Shown: one piece after another, positions 43,401-56,422 of the stretch
Position numbering within the stretch: the stretch's first letter is position 1
Layout: the number at the start of each line of letters is the position of its first letter
Source: Lingula anatina
Taxonomy: Eukaryota; Animalia; Brachiopoda
Length of the DNA stretch: 64,000 nucleotides
Direction: 5' to 3'
Assembly: GCA_051362555.1 (NCBI GenBank)
Contig: CM120645.1
Coordinates: 11,284,001 to 11,348,000 of the forward strand
Notes under the pieces: model-generated
The model's database searches: none
What the model saw: only the letters and a program-made list of their open reading frames with translations
What the model was told of the DNA's origin: nothing
Made by a program: the position numbers and the translations under genes

Positions 43401-46400
43401 TTGAGTAATCAAGGTTTTCAGAGATCTAGATTGTTTACCTGTTGTTGATGGTTTCATCAAATAAAAAACAATTACTTATGAGTATTACATGTTTTCTGAT
43501 CATTTTGTTTTTTCATTTAGTCTTCAAATAAGTTCAGTAAAGAAGGCATTGTAATGGTTTTATTGAAAAAGACAAATAAAACTCTTAACTAAATAAATAT
43601 ATTAACAAAGTTTAACTGCAAAACCTTATCATATTATTCCCAAAAATATTGATACAGATATTTCAAATATATTTGTCATGTTTAAAAATGGCCCATAAAT
43701 GTCAAGCGATGGCCCATTGATATGCAAAATGGCCCATTAAGGGTGACCCAGGAGGGGCCATTGTCCCATGGGTGGTTTGAACCTTCTCAATCACTGAGTA
43801 GGCACTTATACCTTTTTGATCCTCTAGTTCTGGTATTTCATTGTAAATGAGTATATTATGGCAAGTGCAGTATGAAACACTCCTTGTCAAATTTTCTGAA
43901 AGGTAGTTGTTAAGAATACTCTCTGTTGATAGATTATACTGTCCTGAAATTTAGTGCCGAATCTTGAAATGCCCCTATAAAATGTGATGTGTAAGACGTT
44001 TTTATAAATTAATCATCATTGTAAACCTCTTTCTTAGATCAATTTGTCAAGAAGTATCATTTTAGTGGCTTTTAGAAACATGCTGGCATTTTAATGTGAT
44101 AAAGAGAATATTCTCACTCTAAAAGGTGATTTGATAAAAGTTTTTTTTTCATGTTTAAGTATGTAATCTTTTGTATATTCCAATTAACAAAATTAGTTCA
44201 GGTAAACAGTATCTTCATTATTAAGTGTTGAGTGAAAAAAATGGCCACATTCAGAACAGTGAACTAACTAGTCTGATTGTCCAATATGGCTACCCACTAA
44301 AAACTTGCCATCTTATCCGTTATTAAACACTGAATAGATATCCTGTGGGGAAGTATTCAAGTGGGTCAGCCATATTTGACCCTCAGACTAGTTAGTCCAC
44401 TTTTCTGAATGCAGCCAATTACTGCTTTATTCTAATTAGTGCATAACACAGTTGATGGGGTTCTTCTCTGACACCTACAGGTACTGAAAGAAAAATCCAA
44501 CTACAAGCCGACCAACCCATATGCTGCCAGCAAGGCGGCTGCTGAGTGCATGGTGAGATCATATTGGGAGTCATTCAAAGTAAGGCATATCCAGCTGGAG
44601 CTGCTCTTATTTTATTAATTCATTGAAAGGTTACTTAATATGTTCATGCTCATGTAAATATTGTCATTACTGACTTGTCATTTTTGGCATTTTGTCTGCA
44701 TATTGATAATTAATGTAAAGCTGCTCCCATATACAGTGTATGTGCATCCAACTGTGACGGCTCAAGTTCAGGTAGTTTCTGAGTGTGTTTGATAATGTAC
44801 TTGGCAGTAGAGAAGATTGAAATTTGTATTTATAATCTCGTGGTTAACTGAGATCATGGCAAGCTTCTAATCGCTCCCATCACAAATGGACTGTACATAA
44901 TCACTGTAAATAAAGTTTATGAATACTAGGATGATTTTGAATGTTTATAAAGTTTTTTTCCTTGATTAAAACTTTTCATATATTAAATATATAATTTAGT
45001 GAACATCATATTACCACAAATTTAGTGAGCAATTCATAAAATTTGTACGTGATAAAAAGTTTTTTTAAACACTAACTTTAAATTCAGAAAAATGTCAGTG
45101 TGGGTTTGAAGAGTGATGATAATCTCTCCTATTTGCAGTTTCCTGTGATAATAACAAGGTCCAACAATGTCTATGGTCCCCACCAGTATCCAAGATCAGT
45201 ACGTATTATCTTCTCTTAGACCATTCCTCGGTATTCAAACTATGTAGCATAGTATTACCTGCCAATTACACAGCCAATTAGGTCTGTACATAATACATTT
45301 GATATTATTCTAACACTTCGCAAAATTTGCACATTTTAACCTATGAAGGGCCACATCACTGAGAAAAACAGTCATATCCTCTGATTGTTTGAGAAAGTTA
45401 ATGTTACATGATTTTAACACTGTATTCTGTGAAGTTTGTCTCAAACAGTTTTACATGCATTTCCTTGCAGGTCATTCCAAAGTTTATTTCTCTGCTGGAC
45501 AGAGACAAGAAATGGTAGGTAGAAGACTTCTAGATTATGTATCAGAATGCTTGTTTGATTAAAAAGTAAGTACTGCAATAAAATAGAGATATATTATTAA
45601 CTCTTTAATATATGATATGAAAGCTAAAGAATCCAAATTTTCTGTCCTGAAGATAATGCAAGCGAGTAATGTTGAGAGAAATTATATAGACTTCAAGGAA
45701 ATTTTGACAAATGAAATTAAGTTCTTTTTTTACCTCCACAAATATAACACAATCATATTAGATTTTATTAATGAGTTGGACATGATTGCTCCTTCCTAGC
45801 TACTGACAGGCCATTGTACAATTAAAGCATATCCCATATTCATATCAGTATCTCCATTACGTTTCTCTTCTACATCTTCAGCTGTATACATGGCTCAGGT
45901 GACAGTATTCGTAACTTCCTGTATGTGACAGACGTGGCAGAAGCATTTGACACCATCCTCCACAAGGGGGAGCCAGGCGAGATCTACAATATCGGAACAG
46001 ACTTCAACCTGAGCATTTTAGGGTTGGCAAAATACCTTATAAAGAAAGTGAGTATCATATACGTACTAGTTACAACACAAGTAGGATATAATTACGCTTT
46101 TTATGTTGCATACAGTGGATGCAGAGCAGTTGTAACTGACTTATACCACAATCGGCAGTTCAAACAATAGGAAGTGTATGAAAATACAGGCAAGCCTATA
46201 TGGGAAATACAAGTTTAATTATACTTTTTCAGATCAATTGTAGTATTTTTTCTAATTCTCTGTTAATATAGCTGAAGGGCATTACGACAGAGGAGGGCAT
46301 GCAGCGGTACCTGGATTTTGGGGAAGACAGGCCTTTCAACGACTACAGATACATCATGGACTCCTCTAAGATTGCCAACCTTGGCTGGCAGCCAAGAGTC

Positions 46401-47074
46401 ACCTGGGAACAAGGCATAGAAAACACAGGTGAGAGGGCAGGAAAGGTGAGATCAGAGGCATGTTAGGGTTGATTTGCAGTGGTATGTTGTGCAGTGGTAT
46501 GTTCTTGGAAAGTTTCATCAGTTTAGCTTTAAAATCTTGGGACAGAAACCTTGAAAAATTCCCCATTGACGACTATACTAACATGTGCCTGACGAACCTC
46601 CTGAGCCGTATGATTTAGTGTAAAACATTTCCTACTGGCTGAGCAATTGTAACAATAAAACTTAACACAGACAGCCACAAAGGGGAAGCTGTAAATTGCA
46701 CTTTACAAAAGGCTAACAAAGTCGTAAGCTTTCCTAGTGAAATTAATTTATGTTAGTAGCTTGGGATATATAAAGATACTTAGCCCCACACCCTAAATGA
46801 AAGTAAGTGACTCTTTTTCTGCCTTTGGGCACAACCAGTATAATACCATCCAATACCAATAGTGATAAAAATAGTTATGGATTTTATTACACTAAGCAAT
46901 ACTTGCTATGAGCAACAGTTTTCTAGTAAAATATATTACATATATTGTATATTTTACATTTTAGTTCCTTTTTCAGTATTGTGGTACAGAGAGAATTTCT
47001 ACAACTGGACACATGCGGAAGAGAGTCTAGAAGCATTCCCAACCAAGACGACCACCATGCCAAAATTGCTGTGA
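40429..47074 (+). CDS. TGDS: dTDP/UDP-D-glucose 4,6-dehydratase (extended SDR)
   Basis: Eleven exons: 40429-40517 (ILVTGGAGF), 40978-41044, 41313-41381 (LDYCAS), 41843-41933 (VLHFAA), 42270-42412 (HVSTDEVYG), 44481-44579 ([13 protein letters not shown]), 45139-45198 (TRSNNVYGP), 45471-45514, 45882-46047, 46272-46428 (DRPFND.RY) and 46977-47074 (WYRENF.NW). Confidence 0.96.
42537..43796 (+). mobile_element. Non-autonomous hAT-like DNA transposon with 6-bp TSD (TGDS intron 5)
   Basis: 15-bp TIRs CAGTGATTGGGAAGG (42537-42551) / CCTTCTCAATCACTG (43782-43796) with one mismatch. TSD AGTAGG at 42531-42536 and 43797-43802. Subterminal GCGC(C)AT repeats on the left and GGCCCAT repeats on the right. 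Remnant peptide [26 protein letters not shown] resembles a hAT transposase C-terminus. Confidence 0.85.
44241..44418. mobile_element. Fold-back / MITE-like element (about 65-bp imperfect inverted arms)
   Basis: TGGCCACATTCAGAACAGTGAACTAACTAGTCTGA..AATATGGCTACCCACT pairs with AGTGGGTCAGCCATATT..TCAGACTAGTTAGTCCACTTTTCTGAATGCAGCCA. Confidence 0.75.
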
Positions 47075-49061
47075 TGTATTTGCAAGTAATGAACACACTT
47101 GGTAAACGAAAAAGTCACTTTGTTGCAAAATGTTACATCTTCTTACTTAGTACTTTAATATACACTGGGTTTCCCCCTATTTTTAAAAATTAAGCTATCT
47201 TTTGAGAAAAAGTAAAAATGGAGTTAATTGTACTATTTTTTAGCAAATTGGTATTGATGATGTATTTTAAGATTGCTATATTGAAGTACGTATAATTGGC
47301 AGATGGAATTATATTCAGATATAGAGATACTAGGGTGAATCCATGCCAATAAAACTAAAGTATAATAATTAATTGTAAATTTTTTATTCTGAAAGTCTAT
47401 AGGGTCTTGCAAGAATTTTTTTAACCACAGATTTACTTGGTCATATTATATATTGATAGACGGTTGAATGTAAATTATGAAAATTGTAGTAATAGAGAAA
47501 TTGCTATTGGTGCATAAGCCTAAGGAATGTTTTTAACAAGGATTGTATGGAGGATGTTGATCCCCAGTAATAGTGGATTATTTTGAAATACATTAGAGTC
47601 AAAGAAATTGTGATAAGTATTTTAGGTGCAGCAAAGCTGATTTTTTCTAGACACATTTTGCATTATGATACTATGGCATGTATAAAAATGTGATACATGA
47701 GTGCCATTATTCAGAACTGTGTTGAAATAGGTATGAATATGAGCAAATTATTATTAATTTGGTAAACATTACCTTGCTCTTGGATGTTTCTATAATTAGG
47801 ACACAATCTTGAAGCCTGTGTGTAAGAAATTATGTAGAATACATTTAGAACTTTAATGGGTAGTTGCACATGGAATGTGAAAATAGACTGCTGGTGATCA
47901 CTGATTACTGTAACTTGTTTGGGGATAATGGAGAATACAAGTAACAGATCCCTTCACCAGGCCCATTTTCAACCTTTGCAAAATTATTTTTGCAAAATTA
48001 TTTGTGTTATCTATGTGGTGTGTGCTGTCTGTGTTTTTCAGTACTTTCCTGATAATGTCTTTCCTTTGTTTCATGGCAAAATAAACTAGGCATCTTAAAC
48101 AGTGTGTTAGTTGAGCTGACACTAATCAGCACTCTCTGTCTTTAAATCTTCTGATTGTATTTTTTCAGTCAACTTCTTCATTGTCTGAAGTGCTGTTTAA
48201 GGTTCTCATCTCCAAGCCTGGGTTATTTTAAAGTTTTCTTAGTTTGGTTACTTGCTCTCAATTGTTCTCCTAATTAACTTAAAGGCTAGCTTTAGTCCCA
48301 TTTTACACTTTTTTTAAAAATTCAACTGCATACATAATTATGTATAACCAGCACTGATAATTGTATTTCTGTAGTGATTAATCTGCTGTCCCTATACTTT
48401 CATAGCAACCATTTCTTCTTTTCTGACGTTAAGCTGGTCCAAAAGTCCTTTATGCTGTCCACCAAATCTTGCTTACCTTTTTTTTATTTTTATTTATTTA
48501 TTTATTTTTTTTTTTTTTTTTGGGGGGGGGGGGGGAGGGGGTTGCACTTCCTCAGGTGATACTTCCTGGTAGACCAGACATTCTTGATGCGGTTTTAAGT
48601 CTGGTAGTAAAGTATATAAATTTACATTTTCATTTGACTTAGGTATGTGCAGTGGTTGTCTTTGTCATGCCTTGCTTGGGCTCCCCACTTCCTGGTTTGC
48701 ACTTTCTTCTTAGGTCTGTTAGGTTTAAGAAAACTATTTGTTATGATCAAAGTTTGCCATAATGTGTATGTGCAATAACCAGACGCATGCCATTCTTTCA
48801 ATTACCGTTAGAATAACCTTATTCAGGTAGTTTGTTTTTCCATGTTAACATTTCTCCATGCCTTGCGAAAAGCTTTTGCAAGTCATTCCCTTAAAATGGG
48901 TCATTTATATAAGGAATTCTATGTTGATTGTAGGACTAATCTATCGACATATATCTATCGAACCCCCATGTTTAATATGCAGGTACGTTGTACTTTATAC
49001 TGAATTCAATGCGTATTTGGAAAAATTGACATTGATATATTAAGACATTTTAATTCATATT

Positions 49062-49209
49062 CAGGGCCGTAGCCTGAGCAAAATGCCAGGGGGGGCAGTA
49101 AGCGGACACGAGGGGGCGAAGCCCCCGAGGGGGGAGGGGGTGTCCCCCTACCAGTGTGGAAAATTCTAAATCCCAGGGGGGCAGCTGCCCCCCGGAGGAT
49201 ATGGCCCTG
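49062..49209. mobile_element. 148-bp GC-rich MITE with 5-bp TSD
   Basis: Termini CAGGGCCGTA / TATGGCCCTG; TSD ATATT at 49057-49061 and 49210-49214; internal G-runs and hairpins GGGGGCGAAGCCCCC and GGGGGGCAGCTGCCCCCC. Confidence 0.85.
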
Positions 49210-50418
49210 ATATTATGTCAAAATATATGTAGTCGGGCGATACAATAAATTATTTATGAAATAATGGGCTTGTTATTTCTCAGCTACTCGATAAGGCTTT
49301 TTACTGGGACATTTTTGAGTCTAATCCCACATGTTCCAGTTATAAAATAATGTGTTACCGATATAAATGCGTTCTTGTCATTGACCTATACAACCCCAAG
49401 TGAGTGAAAGGAATGAACTGTTATTTCAAAACCATAGACCAAAGACCCCCTTCACATAAAGACTCCAGGTAATAGGCCTTGCTTAGACCACATTTCAGTT
49501 AACTTGGATAGATGACTACGTAAATCGAAGCAAGATCAAGCAAGGCTGACGGCTTGTGTCATTCGCGTGGTATGCATTTTACCAAAAGAATATTCAATAA
49601 AACTTGGTGAATTCCTGTCTAAATGTGTTCCAGAATCTCGCTGACCATATATACTACTGTCATAAACTCAAAATGCTCTCCATTTATTATCCGCGCAAGA
49701 TGATTGAAAAAAGTATTTTAGATGATAGTACGTAAAGTGTAGCATAACTGAGATAATATCCAATGTTCACATAATTTATTATATCCTTGCTGCAAATGGC
49801 ATACAGGTAAAATTTTGCAAAGGTTAAGGTGCCCAAGTTATTCCTGCTCTTTATATGTGCCCCGCCAAAATATGTACTTTGCGTAATGAAATGTTACGTC
49901 GGTGAAAACACTGCATATTTTGAAAAGGGGAACCATAAATTATTTGAAATTCAAAACACGAATTTGAGAGATATGATGGATTTAAATAGATGACTGTTTT
50001 TCAGCTTGGCCCAGCCATGTGCACGGCTGCAAATTTGACGAGCTAAACATTAAAATAACACTTAAAATAATTCTTGTGACCAACCCTCCTCGTTTTTCAT
50101 TATCCCATTATGATTATTCATATATGAATTCACTATATTATTTAAATGTATTTTCAAATAACTTTGGTGAAGTAACTCAGTTTGGTGCTGTGCACTCTTG
50201 ATAATCATCAGACGTGTACAAGTTTTAGTCAAAATCAATTGGTCGATGAGTTTATCCACTGTTTATCAGTGGGAAGGCATCACTGATTTTTGAACTCATT
50301 ACAATAAATATGACTTATAAAATGTTTTCATGAAGCGTGTTCGGTAATTTCCAAATTAAGCTGCACCCAAAGCAACTTTGTTTTGTATTGATTTTTTAAA
50401 TGAATAATAATTTTTTTA

Positions 50419-53400
50419 TCAATTTCGAAACTCAACAATTTCATAAACATTGCTGCCACTTCGAGTTGCAAAATGAGACGAACAATCAAGTGCTTTGCTG
50501 TTGTTGCTGTATCCTGATTCGCTGAGGGGCGCATTGTTGCGAGGCAACGCGTACACGTGACCCTCTTCGCCGCCAGGTGCGCAATGGTGCCGTATCGTGG
50601 ACGTTCGTTCCCCCTCGTTGGGCGTGGTCATAAGTTCCAGATAATCGCAGTTTTCTCCAACATGCGTGTTGCAATTGTGCGTGCCAAGCTGGTTCACGTA
50701 AGTCGGGGAGAAAGCAGAAGAGTTGTAATATATGTTATCCTGAGCATCGCCAGCTGTAGGGCTTCTGGCAGCGCCGCGGGCATCAATCGGATCATAGTAC
50801 CCGCCAGCGTCGTCGAAGTCCGTGTTACTCTCATCCAGGGGCGGGGCGCTGGCAAGGACCTGGCTGCGCACTGAGACGCGGGAGTCGTCGATTGATGCAT
50901 AAAGGTTCGACACGCGCTCTGGATCAATGTCTGTTGGTGCCAGGTAAGTCGTTGACGGGTGGTTGTTCAAGTGACAAGACGAGCCCTCAAAGAAGCTGAA
51001 TTCGCTGTTCCAGCTCTGTCCCGTGAAATTTGGGGGTCGCTGCTGCTGCAGGGCATCACTGTCGATGTAGACGTTCGACGTACTGTTAGTGAAGTCCGGC
51101 GAAGCAGAGGCCCCGTCGGTGACGGCGATTGTTGGTAAAACGCCCTTATAAACTGGATTGTTCTGAGATGAAATGGATGCAAGAAAACTTTGATTAAAAA
51201 ACTATATATGATCAATATATTTGAAGGGTGATCGATAAATAAGATTGCAGTATCGATTTTTTTCTAAACAGAAATGTGCTAGGCATGTTGTTTTTTTTTC
51301 AGAAGCATTTGCTCCGAGAAAAAATAAAACCCACAGCAAACGATGAGCATTTTCTGATGCTATTTGCTGCCAGCACACTTACCTGTAGAGTTTCTGTCCT
51401 TTTGGTGCTGAACCTTTCCGGCAATCGTATTCTGTAAAAGAATTAAATACATTAGGCGTAACTCACTTATTAAAAAAGTAAATAAAACCGACATAGAATT
51501 AAGTCTACATAAGTTCTTCATATCCTTTAACAGGGCAACAGAGCATTTTCAACAGATATTCAGAAATATTTCTCTGGCTAATTTTGTTCAAATTTCTGTA
51601 CTGTGGGAAACTGTGCGAAAAGAACAAATGACGTCAGCATCCAGATACAGTAGCTCCCTCCAGCGGTGGGAGGAGCAGACTGACACTTCAGTCTTCGTTT
51701 CTGTGACGGGAATTATTTCCCTACCCCAAGGCAACTTACTTTAGCAATGTTGGGAGGCCAAGTAAAATTTGTATTTTGATTACCAGAACATTTTAATGAA
51801 TGACCTCCTGTGGTTGAACAATGTTTTTTTTTATACTTTGAAATTATCTTGTGGAAACGTCTTGCAGCATAAAGACCGTTATTCGCGCAATAAGAAATAT
51901 AAATACAAATAACAATTCGATTTACATGACTTAGCATAAAAAACCAAAAACGAAGCATCAGAAAAGAAAAATAAAATATTTGTGACAAACCAAAAAGTGC
52001 ATCTAACATTCAGCTCGCCACACCCCATTTTAATTGATTTTAATTGTTCGGCGGAAGATGAGCGGTCGAAACCTTGTGATGCCTTTCTCGTAGAGATTCA
52101 GCATGAAATGGCCTTGGGCCGTGATTCATGTAAGCTGATTTATATACTCAGTATATTATTTATTTATTTATTGTGACTGTCAATACCTTGCGGGTATAGT
52201 GGATGTCGTGAAGAGATTGAGTTAAGATTAAAACGCACTGAGTCACCCTAGGGACACCTCCATTGTTGCCGACCTTCCCCCTGTGTTATGTGTTTCATGA
52301 AATTATCACCGTGCAACTTTGTATAGAAGGTATTTACTGGCTGTTAAACTTAAATAAATATCTTCATATTCTAAGGGAATCAAAGAGAACTATAAACGTT
52401 AAAAAAGAATAAAACTTGGCCATGTAATAAAATGAAATATGATAATTTATTATAATTGTCAATGGTCTAAACTGGTGGATGAACGGAAATTCATATCGGT
52501 GCAAGGAAAAAGGCTAAGGGACCGACAATTTGTCCTTAACCAAAATTTGGATAGATGGAATACTTTGACCAGTGTAAATATCATACCAGATATTATGAAT
52601 ATATTGCGGTAATGGTATGAGGAAATTATAGGTAATGACCGCGCTCTTTTTACTTACTTCTGCTTTTTCAAGCACACTATGAATAGAGCTGTAGAAAGAA
52701 TGAGGAGGGCAGCGAAAAGCAGCCCCACAACTACTCCTGTCACAACGCCGGTAGAGATCGCACCGTTGCCAACTTTTTCACCGCCTTCATCTGCATAAAA
52801 TACATGAAAAACAATTAAAACATGATTTTCAAAGACCACATGTAATTGGCTTTCACGAATATAGTATCCATTATATTTTAATTCGCGTGCCAATTAAAGG
52901 CAATTTGTGTTTTTTAAGTACCACTCAGTAAGTATCCCAATCAATACCATACAATGGCAAAAAGATTGGCCCAAAACTAATGTAAATCACTTCATACTAG
53001 AAACCATTACCTTTCCCGTCACTTGTATCATTCGCTGGTTCAAGGTCGGGTGTTCCTATTTTGTTGACGCCCCACGCCGCTGTGGTTGACGAACTGTCTC
53101 CATCTCCTTTCTGAGTTGTCTTTCCCGACGGATCTTCATTGGAAGCAATATCTATCGAACCGTCGGATTGTGTACCATCCGGATATTCAATACCTGGCAA
53201 TCCGTCCAGAGAGAGACTACCACCAGATGAAGATCCGGTTGATCCTTCATGAGAGAAGGAGTCAGCAGAACCGCCGTTATTCGTAGATTCGTCTGTCCCC
53301 CCATGTATTCCGTCTTTAGGAGATTTTTCTGTCGATGTGGGTTGCGTATTCTGTTCACTCTGCCCTGTTGGTGCACTGGGTTTAACTTCTATGTTCCCTG

Positions 53401-55110
53401 GCTCTACTGTTGTTTCCCCTGGCCCTACTGTTGTGCCCCCCACTGCTGTGTCCCCTGGTCTCACTGCCGTGCCCCCTGAACCTATTGTTGTGTCCCCTGA
53501 CTCCAATGTTGTGACGCCTGGCCTCACTGTTGTGTACCCTGGCTCCACTGTTGTGTCCCCTACTGTTGTGTCTCCTGGCCCTACTGTTGTGTCCCCTGGC
53601 CGCACTGTTGTATCCATAGTTTGCGTTGCCTCAGTGAATGCAAATGGCGTAGGAGTAATTTTGGGAGTTGTTTCCAGATTAACACTGGAAGTCGTGGGAA
53701 TCGTTTTTGAAGTTGTCGTTGCTTCATTTTGGACAGAATTTGCAAGAATTGTCGTGATAGGAGTAGTAAGTATGTTCATTGTCACTGTTGTGGGCTGAAT
53801 TGTAGCTGTGGTTGGGTTCGTTACAGGGGATTCAGTGACCGTCAAAGGGGCCGCAGAAGTCTTCAAGAGAGTCGATGTTGAAGTATCTTTCCAAAGGGTC
53901 GAGGCTGAATTAGTGATCAAAGGATCCATTGTTGTAAAGTTGGCTAAATGAATTGTTGTCGGTGGCGGCATTGTTGTGTGAGCTGCCGGGTAACTTGCAC
54001 TAGTCTCTAGAGGGTTCGTTGAAGTAGCCGCCAGAGGAGTCGTTGAAGTAGTCAACACAGGAGTCGATATAGTTGTTACCAGTAGAGGCCTTGTAGTTAT
54101 TGCCAAAGGAGTCGTTGAAATAGTCGTTGGAGGAGTCGTGGTACTTGTCACCAGAGTAGTTATTGTTGTAGTCGCCAGAGAAGTTGTAGTAGACACCAGA
54201 GGAGTAGTTGTAGTCACCAGAGGAGTAGTTGTTATAGTCACCAGAGGAGTTGTTGTTGTAGTCACCAGTGGAGTTGTTGTTGTAGTCGCCAGAGGAGTCC
54301 TCGTAGTAGTCGCCAGAGGAGTCGTTGTTGTAGTCGCCAGAGGAGTCGTTGTAGTCACCAGAGGAGTAGTTGTTGTAGTCGCCAGAGGAGTCGTCGTAGT
54401 AGTCACCAGAGGAGTCGTTGTTGTAGTCACCCGTGGAGTCGTTGTTGTAGTTGCCAGAGGAGTCGTTGGTGCAGGAAATGTCGTAGAAGGAGTTGTCGTT
54501 GGAGGGTCCCGAGGAGGTTTTGGCTTGGGCTTGCGCTTAGCTGAAAACGATAAAAACACTTAAGGTTCGATAATTTGCAAAAGCTAACATTCGAAAAATA
54601 TTTTCCCCGATTCTTTTATAAATATAAAATATTTATCTTAATACTACTGAAAAAAGTCGACACTTGTAGAGCATACACATACAATGTACGGGGGCAAAAT
54701 TTGCAAAAGTTAACTGTCAGTTTGTCTTTGCAAATCGGTGTCAGATAGTGATTGGTACTGTCGGCCGGAAATAAATCAAATGAGTGTGATAATATGAAAA
54801 AGGAAATTAGTTGCTTGTGTTAAGCCATTATATTTCACTTCTGTACAATTTCATAAACTTTATTTACTTCACTTTTTAATATTTTACTAAAGACGTACTA
54901 AAATAAGAAAATCTTATGTAGCCTTTAGATAATAAGTATTGCAAATGCTTTGCCTAATTCTTGATCTCTCTTCATTTCTTATAAAAAAGAAACAAACAAA
55001 GGCAAGGGAAAAGAGAAAGTCTTACGTGCGTATATTCCTTGGACGTGAAGACTTAAAATCCAGATTATGAAAAACGTTGAAATTGACACAAGTTTCCGAC
55101 GTCTTGGCAT
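50419..55110 (-). CDS. Type I transmembrane mucin-like protein with tyrosine-motif-rich cytoplasmic tail (about 846 aa)
   Basis: Exons 55110-55026 (signal MPRRRKLVSISTFFIIWILSLHVQGIYA), 54540-53011 (T/P-rich stalk), 52790-52658 (TM ISTGVVTGVVVGLLFAALLILSTALFIVCL-KKQK), 51431-51383 and 51162-50419 (NNPVY... to stop). Phases 1,1,2,0 are consistent; total 2541 nt. Confidence 0.88.
53395..54470 (-). repeat. Coding tandem repeats: 21/24-bp TTTTPL(V/A) array (about 54000-54470) and 21-bp PGDTTVx array (about 53395-53610)
   Basis: Repeated GTAGTC(A/G)CCAGAGGAGT and CCCTGGC...ACTGTTGTGT units on the + strand. Confidence 0.9.
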
Positions 55111-55837
55111 TTTCTGTAAAGATACCATGTTCCTGATTTTCTTTGAAGTTATCACCTAACGATAACAAAACCCAAGATGAGCAAACACCGTCGTCTTCAT
55201 ATCGTCGCGCACTTGTAAGCTGTCCTAAGCTGCTGTAGACCCAGTTTTACCAGGACTTTCAGGTAAACGACGCAGCCAGTTTTGTGGAACATCCACCGAT
55301 CGACACCAACAAATTTCTTCAGTTCGCACAGGTGTGTCCAAATTAAGATAAAGAGTGACTGATTAAGGACTAAATTGTCCGTGAAGAAGTTTGTCCACTG
55401 TGTCATATGACTCTGTGTGTTACTGTCGTCACGTGTGTTACGCCTAAGGACAAAGAAGCCTCGTCTTCAAGGATATATGTAGAGTTATGTATTATGCTCG
55501 AGCTGTATATATATTGATGCGATAAACATGAAATTTATGTTGCCTATGCTCCAAACAGTGGTGAGGCAGAGCATAAAAAAATGCTAGATTGCGCGCTGTA
55601 TTCACACAAACATGGGTTTGATATATTTAACTTTCACGAGACTCAGACATTCTTTTTGAAAATCATGGATTATATTATGAAATGATCTTATCTTACAGAT
55701 CTTGTGTTCGACTATTATGACCAACGGTCTACATATTAAATAGCTGTCACCTTTCGTTGTAAATTAAAAGATTAATAGCGAACTTTATGCTCGTCACCAA
55801 GCGAGGGAAGAGAATTTATGTCCATCATGCTTGTACC

Positions 55838-55856
55838 ATAAAATAAATAAATAAAA

Positions 55857-55899
<43 letters not shown>

Positions 55900-55900
55900 A
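55838..55900. repeat. (TAAA)n microsatellite
   Basis: Long AAAT run. A (TG)n run also lies at 56388-56428. Confidence 0.9.
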
Positions 55901-56387
55901 GTAAAGAATATCTTGTGACATTACGGAATATGTTCTTACTGTGTTGTTGGTCAAGGCATGACACTGTTTTGTAACTTGCGACTTTCAAACCAAATAGCCG
56001 TGGGTATCAATGCGGACATCACTTATTCTGAGCAGTGGGTTGGATGACGCATATATACGTATAGGTGCGGCCGTATTATAGTATATATACAGACTGGCTC
56101 ATGTTAAATATGGTAAAACAATGTTCAGAATGGTTTACGGGTGTGAGGTGGTCATTTAAAATAAAATAATAAAATAGATAAAATAAAATGGAAATAGAGA
56201 TGGGACAACATTTATGACCAAGTCTGTACATGTACCCCCGGTACGTGTATGTGCAGGCACCGGTATTGAAAATGAAAGAAAATTTTATTTACGCCGACCA
56301 TGTTTGGGGCACGCCAAAAACATTAACGTGTACATAAAAGGACAATTTTAAAGCATTGTTTATTAGCATCAATTCTAGCGCGCGCCA

Positions 56388-56422
<35 letters not shown>

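Noticed and set aside
50419-54540. Syndecan or Draper/MEGF10 identity for the transmembrane mucin
   Set aside because: It lacks the syndecan C1/C2 (EFYA) tail and any EGF or EMI domains.
53337-54563. Plus-strand poly-Val ORFs (53337, 54138)
   Set aside because: Antisense of the Thr repeats.
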